In this document: one piece after another, positions 40,883 to 50,144 of the stretch
Numbering within the stretch: the stretch's first letter is position 1
Layout of the letters: every line of letters starts with the position of its first letter
Assembly: GCA_029242945.1 (NCBI GenBank)
Contig: JAQWSZ010000017.1
Location: forward strand, 14,970 to 78,969
Direction of reading: 5' to 3'
DNA length: 64,000 bases
Origin: Gammaproteobacteria bacterium
GTDB taxonomy: Bacteria > Pseudomonadota > Gammaproteobacteria > Steroidobacterales > UBA11654
Program-made: the position numbers and the translations under genes
Notes under the pieces: model-generated
The model's database searches: none
Seen by the model: the letters and a program-made list of their open reading frames with translations, nothing else
Told to the model about the DNA's origin: nothing

Positions 40883-41551
40883 ATGGAAGAATATGAGATT
40901 TGGAAGTTTTTACATATCTGTATGTTTGTTTTCTGGTTGGGTACCGATGTTGGAGTAATGCTTTGCAGTAAGAAATCAACAGACCCTACTTTGGGAGTTG
41001 AAGCTAGATTTAAGATGTTGGAGATGGCTCTAATTATTGAGCTTTTACCAAGAGTCATGTGGGTTATGGCATTACCTTTAGGCGTTCATCTATCAAAATC
41101 TCTTGGCTACCTGGATCCAAGCATTACAACATTAGTAATGATGTGGGCGTTTATTATTGTCTGGTTGATCGTGAATGTAGGTGGAGCCGCTAATCTTGAA
41201 AAGCCATGGGGCCAGCAGCTGTCTAAAATTAATAGAATTATAATCGCTTCCCTAGGAGTGGGTTTAATTATAGTGTCCATTTCATCTTTCATGGGTATGG
41301 GACCTTATGAGGCAAACTCTATTGCACTAAAAGTAGGATTATATGGTCTTGTTAATATTACAATTCTAGGCATTGAGATTGCATTCTTTCCACTTGGCTT
41401 AGCTTTTGAAAGACTGGCATCTGAAGGCTCAAGCCCTGATATCGAAGAGTCTATTAGTTCAGGAATGAGAAAAACATTGGCTTGGGTCCATACAACTTAT
41501 TTTTTAATCTTTATAGTTGCATTTATTGGCGTTACTAAAATAGTGGGTTAA
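40883..41551 (+). CDS. hypothetical multi-pass membrane protein
   Basis: ~6 hydrophobic segments with KFLHI...WLGTDVG at the N-terminus. GGGGAG RBS favours ATG 40883. Confidence 0.8.
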   Translation: MEEYEIWKFLHICMFVFWLGTDVGVMLCSKKSTDPTLGVEARFKMLEMALIIELLPRVMWVMALPLGVHLSKSLGYLDPSITTLVMMWAFIIVWLIVNVGGAANLEKPWGQQLSKINRIIIASLGVGLIIVSISSFMGMGPYEANSIALKVGLYGLVNITILGIEIAFFPLGLAFERLASEGSSPDIEESISSGMRKTLAWVHTTYFLIFIVAFIGVTKIVG

Positions 41552-41561
41552 GTCATCTTTT

Positions 41562-42608
41562 TTGGAACAAGATTATCAAAAGATAATATCTAAGCCATTA
41601 CTCAAATGGTGGAAGATCCATGGCAGAAAAAATCTACCCTGGCAAAAAAATCCGTCCCTATATAAAACTTGGGTTTCTGAAATTATGCTTCAGCAAACCC
41701 AAGTAAAAACAGTGATAGATTATTTTGAAAGATTTATTAAAAGGTTTCCATATTTGAAAACTTTAGCAGAAGGGAACATTGATGATGTTTTATTTCTATG
41801 GTCAGGTTTGGGTTATTATTCAAGAGCTAGAAATCTTCATCTTACTGCCAATATTATTAAAGATGAATTTAAAGGACGTTTTCCTAGAAATTTTGAAACC
41901 CTCATTGCATTACCTGGTATCGGTCCTTCTACGGCAGGCGCAATTTTATCTCTTTCTAATATTCAGTCAGTGCCAATACTAGATGGCAACGTTAAAAGAG
42001 TTCTAGCTCGTTACTTTGGTGTATATGGTCACTACAGCAAGTCTGCTGTTAATAAAAAGCTCTGGGAATTATCAGCATTAACTACACCAAAAGAAGATTA
42101 TGCAATATACACGCAAGCAATTATGGATTTAGGGGCAACTATTTGTCTGCCACGCAATCCTAACTGTAAAAAATGCCCATGCATTATTGATTGCTTTGCT
42201 TATCAAGAAGACTTAACTGATAGTCTTCCTACTAAGAAAGTAAGTAAAGAAAAAAAGTCAGTATCGGAGAATATTTTAATCATAAAATTTGAGGATGGGA
42301 GTTTTCTATTAGAAAAAAGGCACAATGATGGAATATGGGGAGGGCTATGGTCATTGCCTCAATTAAATATAAAAGAGGATCCACTTATATGGTGTAAAAA
42401 TAATTTGAGCAATCGTGTCATTCTTAGCAAGAAGCTAGAAGCAATAAAGCATACTTTTTCTCATTATCATTTAAACATGCATCCCACTGAAATTAATTTA
42501 GAAGGTAAATTCACAAATCCGAACAAAAGAATACAATCTTTTAAGAAGAGTGATATAAACAAACTTGGGTTAGCAGCACCCATAAAAAAAATAATAAATA
42601 GTTTATAA
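41562..42608 (+). CDS. mutY: A/G-specific adenine glycosylase
   Basis: WVSEIMLQQTQV, WSGLGYYSRARNL, LPGIGPSTAGAI, DGNVKRV and the CxxxxxxCxxCxxxxxC cluster motif. Confidence 0.97.
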   Translation: MEQDYQKIISKPLLKWWKIHGRKNLPWQKNPSLYKTWVSEIMLQQTQVKTVIDYFERFIKRFPYLKTLAEGNIDDVLFLWSGLGYYSRARNLHLTANIIKDEFKGRFPRNFETLIALPGIGPSTAGAILSLSNIQSVPILDGNVKRVLARYFGVYGHYSKSAVNKKLWELSALTTPKEDYAIYTQAIMDLGATICLPRNPNCKKCPCIIDCFAYQEDLTDSLPTKKVSKEKKSVSENILIIKFEDGSFLLEKRHNDGIWGGLWSLPQLNIKEDPLIWCKNNLSNRVILSKKLEAIKHTFSHYHLNMHPTEINLEGKFTNPNKRIQSFKKSDINKLGLAAPIKKIINSL

Positions 42609-42615
42609 TTTACTA

Positions 42616-42888
42616 ATGAATGAAAAAATAATATGCAGTTATTTCAAGGATGAAAGGGAAGTGATGGATCGAGTTCCATATCCTGGTGAATTAGGTGAAA
42701 AAATCTACAAAGAAATTTCAAAGGAAGCATGGCAATTATGGCTCGAGCATCAGACAATGTTGATCAATGAGAATCGACTTTCAATGGTTGACCCAGAGGC
42801 AAGGAAATATCTTCAAAATGAAATGAAAAAATTTTTATTCGAAGGGCATTCTTCAAAGCCAACAGAATATGTTCCAGTACAGGAGTAA
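42616..42888 (+). CDS. yggX: Fe(II)-trafficking / oxidative damage protection protein
   Basis: PYPGELGEKIY..ISKEAW..WL.HQTMLINENRL. Conserved position after mutY. Confidence 0.94.
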   Translation: MNEKIICSYFKDEREVMDRVPYPGELGEKIYKEISKEAWQLWLEHQTMLINENRLSMVDPEARKYLQNEMKKFLFEGHSSKPTEYVPVQE

Positions 42889-42935
42889 AAATTTTATCAA
42901 TTATATTTTTTTTTCTATAAAATAATGCAACCAAT

Positions 42936-43011
<76 letters not shown>

Positions 43012-43369
43012 TTTCTTTTCTATCTATTTCTATACATCTAATTTTAGAACGAGTCTAAAAAGCGCAATAATTAATCTCAATTTAGATGTTTTGAATATTT
43101 TTAATAAAATAACTAAATATATTCATATAAATCAAATAGATAGTATAGAAAAATAAAAAAAAAGTACATAAGCTATTTTTATACATATCAATGCTAAGGT
43201 CGATTCACAAAGAGATAGAGGGTTGCTGCCAAATGTTGTATAAAAACAAATATCATAAGTCTTTTTGACACATCTAGGTGCATTTGGTTGTATGGAATTT
43301 CTTTCTTTTTTTAATTTTCAATTGGGAAAGGGAGAAATAATATTAACCTAATTAGGGGAGGATTTTATC

Positions 43370-43591
43370 ATGGGTAAAATCAAAGGTTGGATCGGAGAAC
43401 TAACTGAAATAGCTGTAGCTTTAGTAGCACTAGGTGTTGCCGCAGGCGTTGTATTTGGAGCTGATGTTCCATTTGTAGGCGCTGTGCTAGGCAACTTGGT
43501 TGATTTAATTAATCAACTAGGTGATGCAGGAGTTGTAGGTATTATTGTACTTGCGATCCTCTCAGGAATGTACGGCTCACGCGGTATGTAA
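43370..43591 (+). CDS. small Gly/Val/Ala-rich hydrophobic protein of unknown function (73 aa)
   Basis: Strong GGGGAGG RBS, its own terminator, and two hydrophobic helices separated by an amphipathic segment. Confidence 0.88.
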   Translation: MGKIKGWIGELTEIAVALVALGVAAGVVFGADVPFVGAVLGNLVDLINQLGDAGVVGIIVLAILSGMYGSRGM

Positions 43592-43637
43592 ATGAGAAAA
43601 AAGCTTTTAAAGTTTTATACTTTTTAAAAAGCAATAG

Positions 43638-43668
43638 AAAGGGCTCTTGTAAAAGAGCCCTTTTTTTT
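43638..43668 (+). terminator. Rho-independent terminator
   Basis: AAAGGGCTCTT-GTAA-AAGAGCCCTTT stem-loop running into a T8 tract. Confidence 0.9.
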
Positions 43669-43709
43669 CTAAATTGGTTATAGTTCTAGTTCAATAGAGG
43701 TCAAATAGA

Positions 43710-44309
43710 GTGTTCAAAAATTTCTTAACTCAACTTACTAAAGTCACTGACTTCTTTATCATTATTGCAACAGTATTTGTAGTTCTTGCTTTTCTCACTC
43801 CGGCAGAGGTTTCAATTCAACCATCGATTAACATAGCTGAGCTGAGTCTTAAGAAAGCTATCAATGATAGGTCACAAATAAATTCAAAATTGGATTCATT
43901 AAGAGAGGAAGAAGTATTATTAAATAAAGAGTTCATGACATTGATTAATCAACCAACAATGGCAATAGATACAGTGACTGGAGAAGCTACAGAAATAATT
44001 ATAGACACCTCAACAGTGGAAGCTCAGATTACTCAAATTAAGCAGCAAATTGATACATCTGTTATGAAACTACAAACACTCAATAATGATGTAATAAAAT
44101 CGGAACAAGAAATCGAAGCTCTTGAGTTAAAAGCGCAATCATCTAAGTCGATTAGTTGGTTGCAGCCGATACGAAAGAATACAATGATTCTGATTAATGC
44201 TGGCGGTGTTGATGGTTTGATTGCTGGATTTGCCTCTCTTATTTTTTGTTTGGTGTATAAAAGAAGAAGAGGTTGGTTTAGGAATGTGTTTGGTATTCGC
44301 CTAAAATAA
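43710..44309 (+). CDS. membrane protein with long coiled-coil insert; probable paralogue of the 73-aa protein
   Basis: GTG start with upstream GAGG. N- and C-terminal hydrophobic helices flank a heptad-rich region. C-terminal part aligns without gaps to the 73-aa protein. Confidence 0.78.
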   Translation: MFKNFLTQLTKVTDFFIIIATVFVVLAFLTPAEVSIQPSINIAELSLKKAINDRSQINSKLDSLREEEVLLNKEFMTLINQPTMAIDTVTGEATEIIIDTSTVEAQITQIKQQIDTSVMKLQTLNNDVIKSEQEIEALELKAQSSKSISWLQPIRKNTMILINAGGVDGLIAGFASLIFCLVYKRRRGWFRNVFGIRLK

Positions 44310-44368
44310 ATTTTAGTTCTTTAAAGTTTATAAAGTAATTTGTTCAAAAGATATAAAGGGTATTTTGT

Positions 44369-45271
44369 ATGAAAACACAAAGGTTTGGCGATATATCTGT
44401 CCAAAAGGTTTTAGATGGAGTGGAGAACTTTAAAGCTGTTGTAGCATTCCCAAATATTAATTTAGAAGTTTTTGAAGAGCACAAGAATTGGATTGAGCCT
44501 TTTTATAATTTTACTACCGAAACAATCCGAATAAGCATGCATTCTTATGTCATCAGCACACCAGAAATAAATATTCTTGTTGATACTTGTATAGGCAATG
44601 ATAAAAATAGAGTTGGTAATGGTCCTATATATAAGGCTAATGCGGATGTTTTGTCGCATTGGAATTTAAGGGATAGTGCCTATCTTAAGAACTTGAGTGA
44701 TATCAGGATACATCCAGAAGAAATAGATTATGTTATGTGCACTCACCTTCATGCAGATCATGTTGGATGGAATACTAAACTAGATAATGGAAGGTGGGTG
44801 CCCACATTTCCGAATGCTAAATATTTATTTTCACCAGTGGAGCTGGCTAATATTACAAAAGAAGCTAACAATCCATATGATCAATATGTAAAACTGATGT
44901 ACGAAGACAGCATATTGCCAGTCATTCAATCAGGCCAATCTGTGTTAATTGACAATAGTTTGGATCTGGGGAAAGGAATTAATTTATTGCCTACACCTGG
45001 CCATAGTCCTGGGCATTATTGTATAGAAATAGAATCAGCAAAGCGTAAAGGAATTCTAACAGGAGATATATTACATAATCCCATACAGGTGAATTATCCA
45101 GAGTTATCCACTATGTTTTGTGCTGATAAGATAAAATCTAATGAGCAAAGAATAAAATTAGTTGATGACTTAACAGATACTGAAACTATTATTCTTGCTG
45201 CACATTTTGGAGGATCAACTGCTGGTAAAATAATTAGTAGTAAAGATTCAAGGGAGTTCTTTTTGATATGA
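44369..45271 (+). CDS. metallo-beta-lactamase-fold hydrolase
   Basis: THLHADHVGWN, TPGHSPGH, GDILH and AHF. Confidence 0.92.
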   Translation: MKTQRFGDISVQKVLDGVENFKAVVAFPNINLEVFEEHKNWIEPFYNFTTETIRISMHSYVISTPEINILVDTCIGNDKNRVGNGPIYKANADVLSHWNLRDSAYLKNLSDIRIHPEEIDYVMCTHLHADHVGWNTKLDNGRWVPTFPNAKYLFSPVELANITKEANNPYDQYVKLMYEDSILPVIQSGQSVLIDNSLDLGKGINLLPTPGHSPGHYCIEIESAKRKGILTGDILHNPIQVNYPELSTMFCADKIKSNEQRIKLVDDLTDTETIILAAHFGGSTAGKIISSKDSREFFLI

Positions 45272-45675
45272 GCAATCAAGATTATTCAGCTAATAATTGT
45301 TTTGTTTGTGGTCCCGATAATCCAATTGGTTTGAGAATTCAATTTCATATGCATAATGATATTTGCCATGGTTCTTTTACACCATCAGAGAATCATATGG
45401 GCTATAAGAATGTTACGCATGGAGGTATTGTTTTTAGTTTACTTGATGATGTGATGGCAAATTGGCTATTTTTGCAGAATAAAGTTGCTCAAACGGCAAA
45501 ATGTGACTTGAGGTATAGAAAGCCACTACCAATTAATACTAAAGTTAATCTTGAGGGTACATGTATCAAGCAAAAGGGAAAAGTTGCTTTTATGTATGGA
45601 AAGGTCATTTCAGACATCAATGACGAGTTGATTGCTGAAAGCCATGCAAAATTTATGATTATTTCAGATCTTTAA
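45268..45675 (+). CDS. PaaI-family hotdog thioesterase
   Basis: CFVCGPDNPIGL and HGGIVFSLLDDVM. Confidence 0.9.
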   Translation: MSNQDYSANNCFVCGPDNPIGLRIQFHMHNDICHGSFTPSENHMGYKNVTHGGIVFSLLDDVMANWLFLQNKVAQTAKCDLRYRKPLPINTKVNLEGTCIKQKGKVAFMYGKVISDINDELIAESHAKFMIISDL

Positions 45676-45783
45676 AGAATGTAACATTTTGTAACCAATT
45701 GAGATATGTCATAGTCTTTTCTTTAGCATTCATAGACTGTTTATGAGAAATCTATATAAACAGTAAGAACGAATGATATATAT

Positions 45784-46902
45784 ATGATAAATCTAATAAA
45801 AAATCGTATTCTTGGATTGCAAAAATCAACCAAGTCAATGCTAATATTACTTAGCTTTACATTTATAGTGATCTTTTATCTAGCTGCTTCAAAACCGGAG
45901 GCAGAATTGCTTATGATTGAAGAGAAGGTCTGGCCTGTTGCAGCACAGATAGTTAAACATGCTGATGTTCAACCTCAATTAAAATTATTCGGTGAAATCT
46001 TATCTTCAAGGAGAAGTGAGTTAAGAGCCTTTGTCGGTGGCCAAGTGATCCAAGTGAGCAATAGTTTTAAAGAAGGTGCGGTGGTCAAAGAAGGCGAACT
46101 ACTTCTTGCCATTGATGATTTTGAGTATAGAAATGATGTCATCGAACAAAAGGCTAAGTTCGAGATATTAAAAAGAGATTTTGAGAGAGCAGAAGAACTT
46201 TATAATCAAGGCAATATTTCAGAACAATTCAGGGACAATGCTTTGTTAGAAAAAACACAGCAAGAAATCGTCTTAGCTGAAGCTGAGAAAGACCTTAGAG
46301 ACACAAAATTATATGCTCCTTATGATGGAGTAATTAATGATATTTCAGCTAGTCTTGGGAAACAGGTAAGTACTTTTAATGATAAAATTGCTGAAATTAT
46401 TGATATTAAGAATCTCGAAGTTAGGTTCTCATTGTCCAAAGCACAATACGGAAGATTGCTGGAAGATGAGCTATCGGTCATAGGTAGGCCAGTATCAATT
46501 CAATGGTCTGCTGGTAAAAAAACAATACCTTTTAGAGCTATTGTTAGTCGAATAGGTGCAGAAATAACATCCAACACAGGCGGAGTGGATGTTTTTGCAA
46601 CTCTTTTACTCGATGATGATGACATTTCATTAATTCGGCCTGGGGCATTTGTCAGGCTTGGAGTTCCTGATAAAGTTTATAAATCAGTCATGGTTGTGCC
46701 CGATACATCGGTGTATGAAGATTCTTATGTATTTGTAATAAAACAATCACGTTTAGAAAAACGCTTCATTGAAATATTGGGTTACGATGGAAGCTATGCC
46801 CTGATTAAGGCTAAAGACTCATCGGAGATCAAGGATGGCGATCAACTAATCACTAACCAACTCAGAGAAGCAGGCGAAGGAGTCAAAGTTAAAGTTTTAT
46901 AA
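45784..46902 (+). CDS. RND efflux periplasmic adaptor (MFP)
   Basis: N-terminal anchor, lipoyl halves (GGQVIQV..GAVVKEGELL; LYAPYDGVI) and RPGAFV. Confidence 0.9.
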   Translation: MINLIKNRILGLQKSTKSMLILLSFTFIVIFYLAASKPEAELLMIEEKVWPVAAQIVKHADVQPQLKLFGEILSSRRSELRAFVGGQVIQVSNSFKEGAVVKEGELLLAIDDFEYRNDVIEQKAKFEILKRDFERAEELYNQGNISEQFRDNALLEKTQQEIVLAEAEKDLRDTKLYAPYDGVINDISASLGKQVSTFNDKIAEIIDIKNLEVRFSLSKAQYGRLLEDELSVIGRPVSIQWSAGKKTIPFRAIVSRIGAEITSNTGGVDVFATLLLDDDDISLIRPGAFVRLGVPDKVYKSVMVVPDTSVYEDSYVFVIKQSRLEKRFIEILGYDGSYALIKAKDSSEIKDGDQLITNQLREAGEGVKVKVL

Positions 46903-46904
46903 TA

Positions 46905-49900
46905 ATGTATAAGAACTACAGTCAAAAAAATAAGGTTTCATCAAATAAAGATAAACATACACCCAGGATAGGAGTAATTGCTTTTTTTAGCGGGCATAAA
47001 GTTGCGGGCAATCTTTTAATGATATTAATGATACTTTTTGGGATATTTGGTCTCACACAACTCAAAAGACAATTAATGCCAGATTTTGGAATAGAGATTA
47101 TTAGTATTAATATTCAATGGCCCGGAGCAAGCGCAGAAGATGTTGAGGAAAATATTATCAATGCAATAGAACCAGAAGTCAGGTTTATCAATGGCGTTGA
47201 TGATGTTGATGCATTTGCTTATGAAGGCAGAGGAAAAATTAGTGTAGGGTTTAATGATAGTACATCGATGTCAAAAGCTCTCACTGATGTTCAATCTGCT
47301 GTTGCTAGGATATCAACCTTTCCAAAAGATATTGAAAAGCCTGTTATCTCTCAAGTCATTCAAAGAGATGAAGTATGTCGTATTGATATTTCAGGTCCTT
47401 TTTCAAATAAAACACTTAAATATTTTGCAAGACAAATGCGTGATGACCTGATCAATATGGGACTTTCTAGTGTTGAGTTTGAGGGCGCTAGAGATCAAGA
47501 AATCTGGATTGAAGTTCCATCCGATAATCTAAGAGAACTGGATCTTTCATTAGAGGATATTTCAAATAGACTGGCTGCTTCCAGTATAGATTTACCTTCA
47601 GGGAGCATCAATGCTGGTGGCACTTCTAGGCAAATAAGAAGTGAACAGCTGGCGAGAAGCCCTAATGAACTGAGAAAGATAGAGGTTCTGTCCAAATCAT
47701 CAGGAGAAAAACTCTACTTAAAAGACATCGCTAATGTTTATGAAACATTTGAGGAAAATTCTGCATATCGAATCAATAGTAAGGGTCCTTCTATAGGCTT
47801 GGTGGTTTATAGAAATCAAGGTGCTGACTCATTGACTTCTCAACAGCGAGTTGAAGAATATATGGAGAGTATTAGTAGCAAGTACCCGCAGTCACTAGAA
47901 ATTGTTCTTTATGATGTTTTTGCTGATTCAGTAAGACAGAGAATCAATATGCTTATTGATAATGGAGCGACAGGCTTAATTTTAGTACTGATTGTTTTGT
48001 TCTTTTTTCTCAATGGAAGAATTGCACTTTGGGTTGCTTTAGGGATTCCTGTAGCTTTTCTAGCAGCTCTTGGCGGAATGAATGCCATGGGGTTATCTCT
48101 GGATATGATTAGTATGTTTGCTCTTATTATGGGTATTGGCATTGTTGTGGATGATGCAATCGTTGTGTCAGAGCATTCTACAACTCTACATCGTAGGGGT
48201 ATGAACTATAAAGATGCTTCTAGAATTGGAGCACAAAGGATGTTCCCCCCTGTTCTAGCTGCTTGCCTTACGACGGTTGCCGCTTTTTTGCCCGTCCTCA
48301 TGATAGGAAGTGATGTTGGTCAAATAATAGCGCCAGTACCCATCACTCTTTCTCTAATTATTATTGCAAGCCTTATTGAATGTTTCTTAATTCTTCCTAT
48401 GCACCTTAGACATTCTATGAAGAAAATTACACAAACGGAACAAACAAAAATTAGGAAATTTGATATTTATTTCAATAAGTTTAGAGACGAACAAGTCTTG
48501 CCATTGGTTAGTAAAACTTATGCAACAAAAAAATTTACAGTAATAGCAACAATTTGTTTATTTCTAATTTCAGTTAGTTTGTTATTCACTGGTCGAGTTA
48601 ATTTTGAATTTTTTGATACTCCTGAGAGCGACACTATTCATGCTAATTTTTCATTTTCACCAGGGACACCGGAAGATACTACTGAGTTGATGGTAAAAGA
48701 GCTTGGAAGAGCGGCTCTAGAGGCTGAAAGATTAACCACAAGTTTTATTGGTGAAGAGGTGGTCAAGTATGGCATTGGCAATATTGGTGCATCGGATACA
48801 GGCAGAGGCAATCTTCTTACCAACACAACTGGTTCACATATTGGATCTTATACTGTTGAGCTGGTTTCCGGAGATAAAAGAGATGTTAGGAATATGGAGT
48901 TTATTAAGGCATGGGAAAGCGCAACAAAGCTAATGCCTGGTATTGAAAGCTTCATTGTATTTGAGGGTCAAACAGGAGGACCTCCAGGAAGAGATCTTGA
49001 TATAAGACTTTCAAGTGATGATTTGCAAACGATGAAGCGTGCGGCATTAGTGCTTCGAAATGAGTTAAGAGCATTGCCTGGTTTGCTGGCTGTGGAAGAT
49101 GATTTTCCTTTTGGCAAACAAGAAATTCTTTTGGAAATTACACCTGAGGGCGAAGCAATGGGGTTCACAGCAGAAAATGTTGCACGACAAGTACGCAATG
49201 CTTTTTCAGGCTCTATTGCTAAACGTTTTTCTCAAGATACAGAAGAAGTATTAGTTCGAGTGAAGCTTCCTACTGAGGAAACAAGTAATCAAACTATTCG
49301 AGACATATATTTACTTACTCCAGATAATAATAATGTATTACTTTCCGAAGTGGTTTTGTTAAAACAAAGACTTGGTTTTACAAAAATTAGAAAAGAAGGC
49401 GGGGTTAGAAAGGCTTCAGTCACTGCTGATGTAGATCCATCTATAACCACTACCAATAAGGTACTGCAGTTGGTTAGGAAAAATATTGCCCCAAAATTAG
49501 AACAAGAGTTCAATGTTAAAGTGGAATTCAAAGGAAAGGCTGAGGAGCAATCCGAAGCTTTAGGTGATTTGACTCTAGCCTTAATTATCACACTAGCCTC
49601 TATTTATATTATTCTAGCGTGGCTATTCTCAAGTTATACCACACCTTTGTTAATTATGACTGTTGTGCCTTTTGGTTTAATTGGAGCAATTATTGGGCAT
49701 TATATTTTAGGATTTAATCTCAGTATGTTTAGTCTAATGGCGTTTTTTGGACTGACCGGTGTTTTGGTCAATGATTCTATAATTTTAGTTAAAACTATTA
49801 AAGAAGCTATAGCTGATGGCTATCAATTAAGCCAAGCAGTTGTTGAAGGTGTGAGAGAGCGATTGAGGCCTGTGATGTTAACCACTATTACAACGATTGT

Positions 49901-50105
49901 AGGGTTAATGCCAATTTTATTTGAACAAAGTTTGCAAGCTAGATTGGTCCAACCCTTAGCCGTTACTTTTATTTTTGGAATGATATTTGTTCCCTATCTA
50001 GTGCTTATATTTATTCCTTCTATGATGGGCATTGCTGATGGATTAAAATTAAGAATCAGAAACCTAGCTAATATAATTGGATTTCATAAAGGCCAATACG
50101 AGTAG
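46905..50105 (+). CDS. RND efflux permease (AcrB/AcrD/AcrF family)
   Basis: WPGASAEDVE, GIVVDDAIVVSE, GVLVNDSI and RLRPVMLTTITT. 1066 aa. Confidence 0.95.
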   Translation: MYKNYSQKNKVSSNKDKHTPRIGVIAFFSGHKVAGNLLMILMILFGIFGLTQLKRQLMPDFGIEIISINIQWPGASAEDVEENIINAIEPEVRFINGVDDVDAFAYEGRGKISVGFNDSTSMSKALTDVQSAVARISTFPKDIEKPVISQVIQRDEVCRIDISGPFSNKTLKYFARQMRDDLINMGLSSVEFEGARDQEIWIEVPSDNLRELDLSLEDISNRLAASSIDLPSGSINAGGTSRQIRSEQLARSPNELRKIEVLSKSSGEKLYLKDIANVYETFEENSAYRINSKGPSIGLVVYRNQGADSLTSQQRVEEYMESISSKYPQSLEIVLYDVFADSVRQRINMLIDNGATGLILVLIVLFFFLNGRIALWVALGIPVAFLAALGGMNAMGLSLDMISMFALIMGIGIVVDDAIVVSEHSTTLHRRGMNYKDASRIGAQRMFPPVLAACLTTVAAFLPVLMIGSDVGQIIAPVPITLSLIIIASLIECFLILPMHLRHSMKKITQTEQTKIRKFDIYFNKFRDEQVLPLVSKTYATKKFTVIATICLFLISVSLLFTGRVNFEFFDTPESDTIHANFSFSPGTPEDTTELMVKELGRAALEAERLTTSFIGEEVVKYGIGNIGASDTGRGNLLTNTTGSHIGSYTVELVSGDKRDVRNMEFIKAWESATKLMPGIESFIVFEGQTGGPPGRDLDIRLSSDDLQTMKRAALVLRNELRALPGLLAVEDDFPFGKQEILLEITPEGEAMGFTAENVARQVRNAFSGSIAKRFSQDTEEVLVRVKLPTEETSNQTIRDIYLLTPDNNNVLLSEVVLLKQRLGFTKIRKEGGVRKASVTADVDPSITTTNKVLQLVRKNIAPKLEQEFNVKVEFKGKAEEQSEALGDLTLALIITLASIYIILAWLFSSYTTPLLIMTVVPFGLIGAIIGHYILGFNLSMFSLMAFFGLTGVLVNDSIILVKTIKEAIADGYQLSQAVVEGVRERLRPVMLTTITTIVGLMPILFEQSLQARLVQPLAVTFIFGMIFVPYLVLIFIPSMMGIADGLKLRIRNLANIIGFHKGQYE

Positions 50106-50144
50106 CCAAAGTAGATACTGAACAGTAAAATAGAACTATATTTT

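Noticed and set aside
43370..43591. ATP synthase c subunit, type IV pilin or bacteriocin identity for the 73-aa protein
   Set aside because: No RQPE loop or acidic residue in the second helix, no prepilin G/FxxxE cleavage motif, and no processing or export genes nearby.
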